A stretch of 64,000 nucleotides of DNA from an uncultured bacterium (GTDB lineage: Bacteria; Planctomycetota; UBA1135; UBA2386). Location of the stretch: the NCBI GenBank assembly GCA_937906475.1, contig CALCZA010000217.1, positions 17,844 to 81,843 on the forward strand. Direction: 5' to 3'. Both the position numbers and the translations under genes were made by a program. Under the pieces are notes generated by a model that was given only the letters and a program-made list of their open reading frames with translations, did not search any database and was not told the origin of the DNA. Positions 55,962 through 64,000 of the stretch are shown here, piece after piece (the first letter of the stretch is position 1; each line of letters starts with the position of its first letter).

Positions 55962-57499
55962 GCGAACAAATCGACTCCGTCCATGCCTTCACCCTTATCG
56001 AGGTCAATAATCGGCAACAGTGTGGTCGCGATGTCGCAAAGACGACCGCCATCCTTGAGACGACGGTTTACGAGTGCGTTAGAGCAGACCACAAACGGCA
56101 CTGGGTTGCTCGTGTGAGCCGTGTGAATGCCACCCGACTGCTCATCGAGCATCTGCTCAACGTTGCCGTGGTCCGCCGTTACGGCAACCGTGCCACCCTT
56201 ACCGACAAAAGCCGGGACAATGCGCTCAAGGCACTGATCGATCGTCTGCACGGCCAAAACCGCGGCATCGACAATGCCACTGTGGCCAACCATGTCGGCG
56301 TTGGCGAAGTTCAGGATCGTCACGTCCGGGCAATTGTCTGACGCAACTTCCTTCAGTAACGCGTCCGTAACCAAGTTTGCCGACATCTCCGGCTGCATGT
56401 CATAAGTCGCGACCTTCGGGCTCGGGATGAGGATCCGTCGTTCGCCAGCAAGTTCGCGCTCGTCACCACCAGACAAGAAGAACGTCACGTGCGCATATTT
56501 CTCAGTCTCGGCAATGCGCAACTGGGACAAGCCCGCCTTGCTGACGACCTCGGGAAGCGCACCCTTGAGGCGATCTGGCGGGTAAGCGATCGAGCACGGA
56601 AAGTCCTCGCGGTAGCGAGTCATCGTCACGAAGTGTACGACTGGCACCGATGCCCGCGGGAATGCCTGGAAGTCGTGGCTGACGAATGCCTCGGTCAACT
56701 GACGCGCACGGTCAGTACGGAAGTTGAAGAACAGCACCGCGTCGCCAGTGCGCACGCGACCGCGGTCGGGACTACCGATAACCGTTGGCTTGACGAACTC
56801 GTCGTTCTCGTTGCGCTCGTACGCGGCGGCAATCGCAGCTTGCGCAGTCTCGACCGAATAGCCTTGGCCAAGCGTCAGGCAGTCGTAGGCGAGTTGCACG
56901 CGCTCCCACCTCTTATCGCGATCCATGGCGAAGTAGCGACCGATCACCGAGGCAACGCGACCGACACCGAACTCGGTCATCCAGCCTTCGACAGCTTCGA
57001 TGTATTTCTCCGCGGAACGAGGCCGCGTGTCTCGGCCATCCAAGAACGCATGCAGCGCAACCTGCTCGCCGGACAGCCCAGCAGCCTTCGCCATCTCCAG
57101 CAAAGCCCGCAGGTGGCGATCACTACTGTGCACTCCGCCGTCAGACACCAGCCCAAACAGGTGCACGGTCGCGCCCGATGAACTGGCTTTACCGAACGCG
57201 GACAACAACGCCTCGTTCTTCCCGAAGCGGCCTTCGCTGATCTCCTTATCGATGCGCGTGATCTCCTGATAGACAACGCGGCCAGCACCGATGTTTAGGT
57301 GCCCGACTTCGCTATTGCCCATCAAGCCGCACGGCAAACCAACATCTTCGCCACTAGCTGACAACAACGTCGACGGATAGCGCTGGCGGAGATCGTTCCA
57401 GAACCGGGGTTCAGCCTGACTGATTGCATTACCAGGACCGGCCGGCGCTTCACCAAAGCCGTCCAGAACACACAACAACAATGGCGCCCGCTTACTCAT
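55958..57499 (-). CDS. gpmI: 2,3-bisphosphoglycerate-independent phosphoglycerate mutase
   Basis: LLCVLDGFG, GNSEVGHLNIGAGR and TADHGN. 513 aa, which is typical. Confidence 0.95.
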   Translation of the reverse strand: MSKRAPLLLCVLDGFGEAPAGPGNAISQAEPRFWNDLRQRYPSTLLSASGEDVGLPCGLMGNSEVGHLNIGAGRVVYQEITRIDKEISEGRFGKNEALLSAFGKASSSGATVHLFGLVSDGGVHSSDRHLRALLEMAKAAGLSGEQVALHAFLDGRDTRPRSAEKYIEAVEGWMTEFGVGRVASVIGRYFAMDRDKRWERVQLAYDCLTLGQGYSVETAQAAIAAAYERNENDEFVKPTVIGSPDRGRVRTGDAVLFFNFRTDRARQLTEAFVSHDFQAFPRASVPVVHFVTMTRYREDFPCSIAYPPDRLKGALPEVVSKAGLSQLRIAETEKYAHVTFFLSGGDERELAGERRILIPSPKVATYDMQPEMSANLVTDALLKEVASDNCPDVTILNFANADMVGHSGIVDAAVLAVQTIDQCLERIVPAFVGKGGTVAVTADHGNVEQMLDEQSGGIHTAHTSNPVPFVVCSNALVNRRLKDGGRLCDIATTLLPIIDLDKGEGMDGVDLFA

Positions 57500-58149
57500 C
57501 CGAGCATCCTGTCGACGGACACGGCGATTGCATCCTGCTGGCGACGGATCTCTTCGCGAACCGAAGTAGCGCGCTTCATCGTGCTATCGGCCAACTCGCG
57601 GTTGGTCAGATAGGCGGCGTTGATGCGCACATTGAGGAAGGCACCCTCGGAAGCCGCGAGCAAGAGAGCCGCGCCGGACGCGAGGTCACTGGCGATCTGC
57701 TTACCGATGCAATCGACGATTTCCGCCATCGCGACGAACACATCGCGAATCATTACCTGCGTTTCTTCCGGCACGACCATCGCGCCGACCATCGCTTCTT
57801 GGATGGCCCTGCTGCGCAGAGCCTTTTCCTCGTCCGATTCCTTGGGCATGCTATAAGCCGCGGAGACGAGATCGAACGAGCTGCAATCGCGCTCAGCCAT
57901 TGGCATCAGACGCTGCAGCGAATCGCTCAGCTTGGCCTCGATTCTCGCGAGATCATCCTCGCGGTCAACGTTGGCCTTCTTGCCTTGCGAGAACCGCACC
58001 GTCATCAGGAAGAGCGAGGTGCCCATGCAGCCAGCCATCGCGGCGGCGGCGCCGCCGCCCGGAGTTGGCGACTTCTTGGCGAGGGACTCGACGAGCTGCT
58101 GGAAGGATTGTGTGATCATTTTCAGGCAAGCAGTGTCGGTACCCACCAA
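57496..58149 (-). CDS. Cyclodeaminase/cyclohydrolase family protein (FTCD C-terminal-like)
   Basis: SPTPGGGAAAAMAGCMGTSLFLM matches the formiminotetrahydrofolate cyclodeaminase-family N-terminal motif. It is all-helical and ~217 aa. Confidence 0.85.
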   Translation of the reverse strand: MVGTDTACLKMITQSFQQLVESLAKKSPTPGGGAAAAMAGCMGTSLFLMTVRFSQGKKANVDREDDLARIEAKLSDSLQRLMPMAERDCSSFDLVSAAYSMPKESDEEKALRSRAIQEAMVGAMVVPEETQVMIRDVFVAMAEIVDCIGKQIASDLASGAALLLAASEGAFLNVRINAAYLTNRELADSTMKRATSVREEIRRQQDAIAVSVDRMLG

Positions 58150-58210
58150 TTGGGATCAAGAGCAGATGCGCTTCCTTGCCGTACTGACCCGTCTTTTGCA
58201 CAGTTGCGGC

Positions 58211-58774
58211 ATGCGACATTTGTGCTGTATGTGGCTTCTCGGCCTTGCCGGCTGCGCCGCGACCTCCTCGTCAGCCCATCTGCTTAATGATGCGGAGCCA
58301 AATCAGGTCGTAAGGCTGGCTATCGCCGGTGACAGGGTCATCACGACGGCAGTCCCGGTCGACTTCCGCACCGTCCCGGCGCTAGCCAGGACAACTGCAG
58401 ACGCAATCGCCCCAAACGGGGTTCTGGAGTTCTGCGCCCGCGAGATCGGGGCCCGTGGCGATGGATTCCGACTCGAAAAACGCTACGAACTGCCGTTCCC
58501 CCACCTGCGTTCGGTACTCATCGACGAACTGGGCAACGTCCTGGAACGCTCCCACACGATGCCAGTCGCCAAGGTCCCCCAAGGTGTCCTCGGCGCCGCA
58601 CTGCGAGTCGGCACCCTCGTCGAATCAGCTGCCATCGTGTCTGGCCCGGTGCAAGAAGAGTTCTGGCGCATCATCACCAAAGACCGCCGCGGCCGGATCT
58701 TCGTGATCACCATCGGCCTCGACGGTCACGTACTATCGCAAATCCGTCGCAACCAAAGCCGCCTCGATAGCTGA
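58211..58774 (+). CDS. Lipoprotein, unknown function
   Basis: Lipobox MRHLCCMWLLGLAGC (alternative ATG at 58166). No family recognised. Confidence 0.65.
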   Translation: MRHLCCMWLLGLAGCAATSSSAHLLNDAEPNQVVRLAIAGDRVITTAVPVDFRTVPALARTTADAIAPNGVLEFCAREIGARGDGFRLEKRYELPFPHLRSVLIDELGNVLERSHTMPVAKVPQGVLGAALRVGTLVESAAIVSGPVQEEFWRIITKDRRGRIFVITIGLDGHVLSQIRRNQSRLDS

Positions 58775-58806
58775 CCAGACGACGCTCATCGCATACCCTG
58801 ATTGAC

Positions 58807-59154
58807 ATGCGCTCACCTCTGCGAACAGGCCTCGCGATAACCTTCGGTCTACTTCTCACTGGCTGCGCAGCCGGTCCCCACCAACTCAGTCGCTCAATCG
58901 ACGACTGGGATCAGAAGATCTACGTCAACAGCCCGTGGCTCAACGCGGCGATGTGGGTCGTGCCGATCTACCCCGTCATGCACGTTGGCGCTAGGGCGAT
59001 CGACTTCGCGATCACGGATCCGTATTACTTCTGGTTCCAAGATGCATGGGATGGCAACGGCACCGGCTTCCGGCACATGCACATCGATTACACCGATGGA
59101 TGGGTCGACTGTGTGCTTGCTGATAGAGCGGCCTGGACTCGATCAGAGAAGTAG
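58807..59154 (+). CDS. Small lipoprotein, unknown function
   Basis: Lipobox AITFGLLLTGC. 115 aa and Trp/Tyr-rich. Confidence 0.65.
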   Translation: MRSPLRTGLAITFGLLLTGCAAGPHQLSRSIDDWDQKIYVNSPWLNAAMWVVPIYPVMHVGARAIDFAITDPYYFWFQDAWDGNGTGFRHMHIDYTDGWVDCVLADRAAWTRSEK

Positions 59155-59163
59155 CGACCGCGG

Positions 59164-59826
59164 CTACTTCTGGCCTACGAACTCGGCCAACTCAATCATC
59201 GTGTCGCTGAGCAATTGGCGGACCTCGATGCCAGGATCGGGTGCGTACCAGATCATCTGGGTGCGTGTCAGAAACTTCTCGCCACCATCGACGAGACGAA
59301 GAGTCCGGCGAATGCGCAACGCGTCATAGCTGCCCGCGATCACTTCAACGCGATCGAGGGCTTCGACTTCGTAGCTGGCGTTCATCAGCACCGGCTGACC
59401 ACCGCGAACTCGATCAACGAACTCGCACTGCCAACGCTTGCCAACCCACAGCGGCCAGTGGTAGCGACTATCAACGGGACTCATGACTCGCTGGGCCACG
59501 CCAGTATCTGCGCGCCATTCGCCGAGGGTGCCGAAATCCTTGTCGCGATGCACCAAACGGCCGTTGCCCATGTCGACGACATAAGTGCCGTCCTGGATTG
59601 CACGCACGGAGAACGTGCCGCGCATGTGTTCACCGCGCACCATCGAGAACGAGTCGCCAACGCGCCACTTCGGACACACCCAGGTCTTGGCGCCGGCTGG
59701 CGGTTCTGTGGAAACGCTAAGCAACCCCCGACCGACCGGACCATTGTCTAGCGGATTGTCCGCCACACTTCGGCACGAAGCCAGCAACAGGCTCGCAAGG
59801 CCAAGCATGCGCAGTTGCCGCATCAT
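59164..59826 (-). CDS. Lipoprotein, unknown function
   Basis: Lipobox LGLASLLLASC. Its start overlaps the stop of the metallophosphoesterase gene (4 nt). Confidence 0.7.
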   Translation of the reverse strand: MMRQLRMLGLASLLLASCRSVADNPLDNGPVGRGLLSVSTEPPAGAKTWVCPKWRVGDSFSMVRGEHMRGTFSVRAIQDGTYVVDMGNGRLVHRDKDFGTLGEWRADTGVAQRVMSPVDSRYHWPLWVGKRWQCEFVDRVRGGQPVLMNASYEVEALDRVEVIAGSYDALRIRRTLRLVDGGEKFLTRTQMIWYAPDPGIEVRQLLSDTMIELAEFVGQK

Positions 59827-60536
59827 GCCTGCTCGATTGGGATCGGACGGAAGTCGATCGCGTCAACCGACGCGAGGTAGTAGCGAATGCCGTCGGCAAC
59901 GCCTTGGAAACCGTATTTGTGATCCTTGCCGTGCAGGTGCCCGTAGACGCATACCTTCGCGTGCGCTTCCTTCAGCAACGGCACCGCACCAGTCTCACGA
60001 CCATCGGTGTAGCGAGGCGGATAATGCACCAACGCGATCGTGCGCGCGCCATCCGGCGTACAGCCACCAAGCTTCTTGCCGGCTTCGATCGAAAGCTTGA
60101 AGCGCTCTAGTTCGCGGGCGAACACCTTGGGCGCCTTATCGTCTGCCCACGGAGCGTCCGGCGGATCCCACAAACGAGTGCCGACAACCACCGTTTCATC
60201 GGCGAGTTGAATGGCGTTGTTCTGCAGCAATCGCACCGATGGATCCAAAACGCGTTCGACCTTGGCGCGTGACTGCCACCAGGTGCAGTGGTTGCCCTTG
60301 ATCAACACCTTCTGACCAGGACGCTCGCCAAGCCAGTCGAGGTCCGGCTGAGCTTCCTTCAGGGTGAGCCCCCACGAGGTGTCACCGCCAACCAGAACCC
60401 AATCGTCGGGTCCGACCATCTCATCCCAAGCCTCACGCATACGATCGGCATGCCCCACCCATTGCTCGCCAAAGATGTCCATCGGCTTGTCAACGCCGAG
60501 GCTCAGGTGCAGATCGCTAATGGCAAAGAGGCGCAA
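59823..60536 (-). CDS. Metallophosphoesterase family protein
   Basis: Contains AISDLHL, VGGDTSW, KGNHCTWW and YGHLHG, the calcineurin-like phosphoesterase motifs. Confidence 0.85.
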   Translation of the reverse strand: MRLFAISDLHLSLGVDKPMDIFGEQWVGHADRMREAWDEMVGPDDWVLVGGDTSWGLTLKEAQPDLDWLGERPGQKVLIKGNHCTWWQSRAKVERVLDPSVRLLQNNAIQLADETVVVGTRLWDPPDAPWADDKAPKVFARELERFKLSIEAGKKLGGCTPDGARTIALVHYPPRYTDGRETGAVPLLKEAHAKVCVYGHLHGKDHKYGFQGVADGIRYYLASVDAIDFRPIPIEQA

Positions 60537-60726
60537 CGGATTACTCGGAAGTCAGGGGGAACGGTGGCAAGCGGCTTCGCAGCTAACTGGCCAGACGGCT
60601 AGTTGGCAAGCAACCCGTGAGGTTCATGCCGTGAGCTTGCCCGGTCTCATCAAGCAATGCCCACGCAATCGCCCGGAGACTGCGGTTTGGGCCGAGTTAG
60701 ACGCCGGCCCACCGCAGTGACGCGAC

Positions 60727-61887
60727 CTAGGTGGGCATATCGTCAATGCTGATGGCGCCCGGCGGCAACGCCTTGGACGGTGCGCCAAAGCCCATCGCGT
60801 GTACCGCACGACTGGCAAAGTCGTGCAACCGCTCAAGGCTTGCAGCGGTCACCACGGAAGGTGTCATCATCTGTAATGCCGGACGCAACAGGTTGCGCGA
60901 CGCAAACAGGTGGAATGACAGGGCACGGTCCTTGGGGTGCGCCGCGTCGCCCATCGCTCGCAGCAGTACGTCCGGCACTTTCCAGGTGTCGGGCGTTCCC
61001 GACAAACCAAGCTCGGCGCGACGCGGGATCGCGTGATCCAAGACCGCGGATTCGACAATCGACGCCAGCAGCACGGCCGCCATCCGGTGATCGCCTTCCT
61101 GCTGGCAGCGATCGAACGCGTTCATGTCGAAACTCAGCAGCGAACGTAAACGCGGGTCGCGGACCCTGTGGCGATCAAGCAGCGGCGGCATGACCGAGTT
61201 CATCGCTGCGGCCGCAGCGGGGGCTGGCACCCGGCCCGGCAGCAGCGACGGCACGGGCTTCGCATTCGGCAAATCACACGCCAGCAATTCTCCAAAGACG
61301 GAGAGGCCTTGGGTGATGGAACCTTGGCCAGCAGTTTGCCCGCCAGACGGTCCCGCCTGGGGGGCACAGATCTTCTGGCGACTGTAGACGTCGCCGGAGA
61401 TCTTGGCGTGGATGCGAGTAGTCAGCGCACGCACCGATTCGCCCATGACCGGGCTCAGTCGCGGCAGCGGCAATTCGACCAACGGCTTGGCCGCCATTTC
61501 GACGGCCCAGTCAGCTAGCACCTGGCGCTTCTTGCGGAGCCATTGGGACTCATCTGATGGCCCATCACCGTCGACCAGTCGACTCTCAATCGCTTCAACC
61601 GAGCGGCGGCAACATCCGACTAGCAGCGACGCATCTTGGTCAGACAAATCAAGTTGGACCAAGTCTTGGTAGCCACTGACGCTGCGCTGCATGTAATCGC
61701 GCAGGCGCCGCACCCCCCCGTAGATGCGCGGCAGTTCTTCAGGCCCGGTTAGCCCCTTCTGTGAGAGCTCCAGCCGGTGCTCGCCGAGGTGCTCCAGAGA
61801 CAGCTTCGCTGACTCCAAGAAGCAGACTGCAACGACTTTCTTGACCTGAAGCTCTGGCATAACGCGTAGACACGCTGGCATCGGCAA
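60727..61887 (-). CDS. Cytoplasmic hypothetical protein (386 aa)
   Basis: Long ORF with no signal peptide or TM, and no motif I recognise. Start ambiguous (Met at codons 1, 3, 10). Confidence 0.7.
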   Translation of the reverse strand: MPMPACLRVMPELQVKKVVAVCFLESAKLSLEHLGEHRLELSQKGLTGPEELPRIYGGVRRLRDYMQRSVSGYQDLVQLDLSDQDASLLVGCCRRSVEAIESRLVDGDGPSDESQWLRKKRQVLADWAVEMAAKPLVELPLPRLSPVMGESVRALTTRIHAKISGDVYSRQKICAPQAGPSGGQTAGQGSITQGLSVFGELLACDLPNAKPVPSLLPGRVPAPAAAAAMNSVMPPLLDRHRVRDPRLRSLLSFDMNAFDRCQQEGDHRMAAVLLASIVESAVLDHAIPRRAELGLSGTPDTWKVPDVLLRAMGDAAHPKDRALSFHLFASRNLLRPALQMMTPSVVTAASLERLHDFASRAVHAMGFGAPSKALPPGAISIDDMPT

Positions 61888-61936
61888 TAACCCCTACGTT
61901 GCTTGATGCTGGATCGCGCAGATATGCTGCCTGCGG

Positions 61937-63430
61937 ATGACTTCGCCCGCCAAGAGCCCCAACCTCGAACGCGATCTCGCCCAGTTGCTTGGTAGAGACC
62001 GAGTCCTGTGCACGCGAGACGCGCTACTGGCATGGGAATGTGACGGCTTCACCGTGCACAAATCGAGGCCGCGCGCGGTCGTCTTGCCGGAGTCCACGGC
62101 CGAAGTGCAAGCCGTGATCAAGCTGCTACATTCGGCCAACGTTCCGTTTGTCCCGCGCGGTGCCGGCACCTGCCTCTCGGGAGGCCCAACCGCCAGTGGT
62201 AACGCCGTCATCATTGACTGTGCCCGCATGCGCAAGGTGATCAAGATCTCAACAGAGGACCTGTTCGCGGTCGTGCAGCCTGGCGTCGTCAATCTCAATC
62301 TGACCACCGAAGTCACCCCATACGGGCTGCATTACGCGCCCGATCCGAGTAGCCAGTCGGTCTGCACGATCGGCGGTAACCTCGCCGAGAACAGCGGCGG
62401 CCCGCACTGCTTCAAGTACGGCATGACCACCGACCACGTATTGGCAGCGACCATCGTGCTTCCGGACGGCGAAGTGGTGCACTTGGGCAGCACGACGGGA
62501 CCACGCACGCCACACGGCATCGATGTGCTCGGGTTGTTCTGCGGCAGCGAAGGCACGTTCGGGATCGCCACCGAGATCACCGTGCGCTTATGCCGCAACC
62601 AGCAGGAAGTGCGCACGATGCTCGCGTCGTTTGACTCGATGTCGGCCGCTTGCCGCAGCGTCGGAAAAATCATTTCGGCAGGACTCGTTCCGGCGGCGTT
62701 GGAAATCCTCGACCAGGCCACCATTCGCGCGGTCGAAGCTTCGATCTATCGCGCCGGCTATCCCGAAAACGCGGCTGCCGTGCTACTAGTCGAACTCGAC
62801 GGGCCGCACGAAGTGGTCGTCGAAGACGCCGCCGAGATTGCCACGATCTTTGTTGCCCACGACGCGCTAAAGGTTGAAGAAGCAACCGACCCTAAAGAGC
62901 GCAAGCGCCTATGGAAGGGACGCAAAGGCGCATTCGGAGCCATGGGTCGAATTGACACCGACCTCTATGTGCTCGACGGCGTCGTACCGCGCACCAAACT
63001 CGAAGAAGCGCTCGAGAAGATCACTGAGATCGGCCAACGCCATCGCGTCAACCTAACCAACGTGTTCCATGCCGGTGACGGCAACCTGCATCCAAACATC
63101 AGCTTCGATGGCCGCGACAAAGAGGCCACGGCGCGCACGATCGCGGCCGGCCACGAAATCCTGCAGTTGTGCATGGACCTCGGCGGCAGCATCACCGGTG
63201 AGCACGGCATCGGCACCGAAAAACTCGACCACGTCTCGATGATGTTCGAGCCCGAAGACTTAGAGGTCATGGCGCGGGTACGCGCCGTGTTCAATCCGGA
63301 CGACCTTTGCAACCCGGGCAAGGTCTTACCGCAGCGCAACGCCTGCGCCGAAGTCAGCAAGTGGCCGCAAATGGTCGCCAAGGTACTCGACGTCGAAGAC
63401 ACGCCACAAGAACCGGAGTCCACGTCGTGA
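61937..63430 (+). CDS. glcD: FAD-linked oxidase, glycolate oxidase subunit GlcD-like
   Basis: FAD-binding PCMH domain (VVLPESTAEVQAVIKLLHSANVPFVPRGAGTCLSGG) and a C-terminal motif (HAGDGNLHPN...GGSITGEHGIG). Confidence 0.9.
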   Translation: MTSPAKSPNLERDLAQLLGRDRVLCTRDALLAWECDGFTVHKSRPRAVVLPESTAEVQAVIKLLHSANVPFVPRGAGTCLSGGPTASGNAVIIDCARMRKVIKISTEDLFAVVQPGVVNLNLTTEVTPYGLHYAPDPSSQSVCTIGGNLAENSGGPHCFKYGMTTDHVLAATIVLPDGEVVHLGSTTGPRTPHGIDVLGLFCGSEGTFGIATEITVRLCRNQQEVRTMLASFDSMSAACRSVGKIISAGLVPAALEILDQATIRAVEASIYRAGYPENAAAVLLVELDGPHEVVVEDAAEIATIFVAHDALKVEEATDPKERKRLWKGRKGAFGAMGRIDTDLYVLDGVVPRTKLEEALEKITEIGQRHRVNLTNVFHAGDGNLHPNISFDGRDKEATARTIAAGHEILQLCMDLGGSITGEHGIGTEKLDHVSMMFEPEDLEVMARVRAVFNPDDLCNPGKVLPQRNACAEVSKWPQMVAKVLDVEDTPQEPESTS

Positions 63431-64000
63431 ACAGGTTCGACGACATCGCCACATGGCTCCGCAGTTCACCAGGCCGCGTGCGCGTGTCGGGAAGCGGTTC
63501 GCGCGCGCACACGCTGCCCAAGATCACCGATGCCACACCATTGCACCTTAGCCAGTACAATCGCATCGAGCGCCTCGATGCCGGCGACCAAACGTGCACG
63601 GTCGAATGTGGTGTGCCGCGCGCTGAGCTAGATGCGGCGCTGGCAGAACACGAACTCGAACTACCGTGCCTCGGCGGCGGCACAATCGGCGGTCTGTTCG
63701 CCACAGATCCGTTTGGCCCAGCAGCAGCCGGCTGCCCCGGCCCACGCAACCTGTTGCTCGGCATGGAGGCGTTGCTGGCCAGTGGTTCAGCGTTCAAGTC
63801 CGGCGCTCGCGTGGTCAAGAGCGTCGCCGGCTTCGACGTGCACAAGCTATTCGTCGGTAGCACCGGCAGGCTATTCGTCGCGACCAAGCTCCACCTCCGC
63901 CTGAAGCCGCGGCCACGCACCGAACAGTGGTTCGCCAATCGCGCGCTCGAGCGCGACCAGGCGCTGCAACTGATACACGCGTTGCGCCAAGAAGCGCAGC
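63427..64000 (+). CDS. glcE: Glycolate oxidase FAD-binding subunit GlcE-like, N-terminal part; 3' end outside window
   Basis: Not in the ORF track because it runs off the window. My translation from the GTG at 63427 (GTGA overlap with the glcD stop) is open to the end: VNRFDDIATWLRSSPGRVRVSGSGSRAH...VVKSVAGFDVHKLFVGSTGRLFVATKLHLRLKP. This is GlcE-like. Confidence 0.75.
   Translation, partial: MNRFDDIATWLRSSPGRVRVSGSGSRAHTLPKITDATPLHLSQYNRIERLDAGDQTCTVECGVPRAELDAALAEHELELPCLGGGTIGGLFATDPFGPAAAGCPGPRNLLLGMEALLASGSAFKSGARVVKSVAGFDVHKLFVGSTGRLFVATKLHLRLKPRPRTEQWFANRALERDQALQLIHALRQEAQ

Noticed and set aside
1-64000. Prophage, integrative element, CRISPR array or transposon
   Set aside because: There are no integrase, transposase, capsid or terminase-like ORFs. 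I saw no regularly spaced repeats and no tRNA-adjacent boundary. Composition looks uniform by eye.

Overview
High-GC bacterial chromosomal DNA, densely coding, with about 51 supportable CDSs. Many are chained by 1-8 nt stop/start overlaps. The gene content is rich in secreted proteins: FG-GAP and CarboxypepD_reg-type giant proteins, many lipoproteins and peptidases, and a MoxR-DUF58-transglutaminase triad. By eye this resembles a Planctomycetota-like or similar lineage, but I cannot verify the taxon. Recognisable housekeeping genes are selO (5'-truncated by the window edge), galK, ilvA-type threonine dehydratase, gpmI, glcD and glcE (3'-truncated), a di-haem cytochrome c peroxidase, and M14/M28/S1C peptidases. 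I saw no rRNA, tRNA, CRISPR array, integrase, transposase or phage genes, though I could not run tRNA or covariance searches. No single gene set can be declared a new system from sequence alone. The strongest candidates are: (1) 13130-16533, three overlap-coupled membrane or secreted proteins of no family I recognise, followed by a Dam-class DNA methyltransferase; (2) 6200-13009, a TolC/HlyD/MacB-type exporter with heterodimeric permeases, bracketed by a 12-Cys signal-anchored protein and a Cys-cluster lipoprotein; (3) 49453-58149, a six-gene minus-strand unit mixing gpmI with a tandem-retropepsin protease, a histidine-kinase-like protein lacking ATP-binding motifs, and large orphan secreted proteins. 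Other notable items are two solitary N6-adenine methyltransferases, a Met-rich secreted protein next to the peroxidase, and an Ntn-hydrolase (DUF1028)-IPT fusion. All family calls rest on motifs read from the supplied translations. Novelty claims need database searches.
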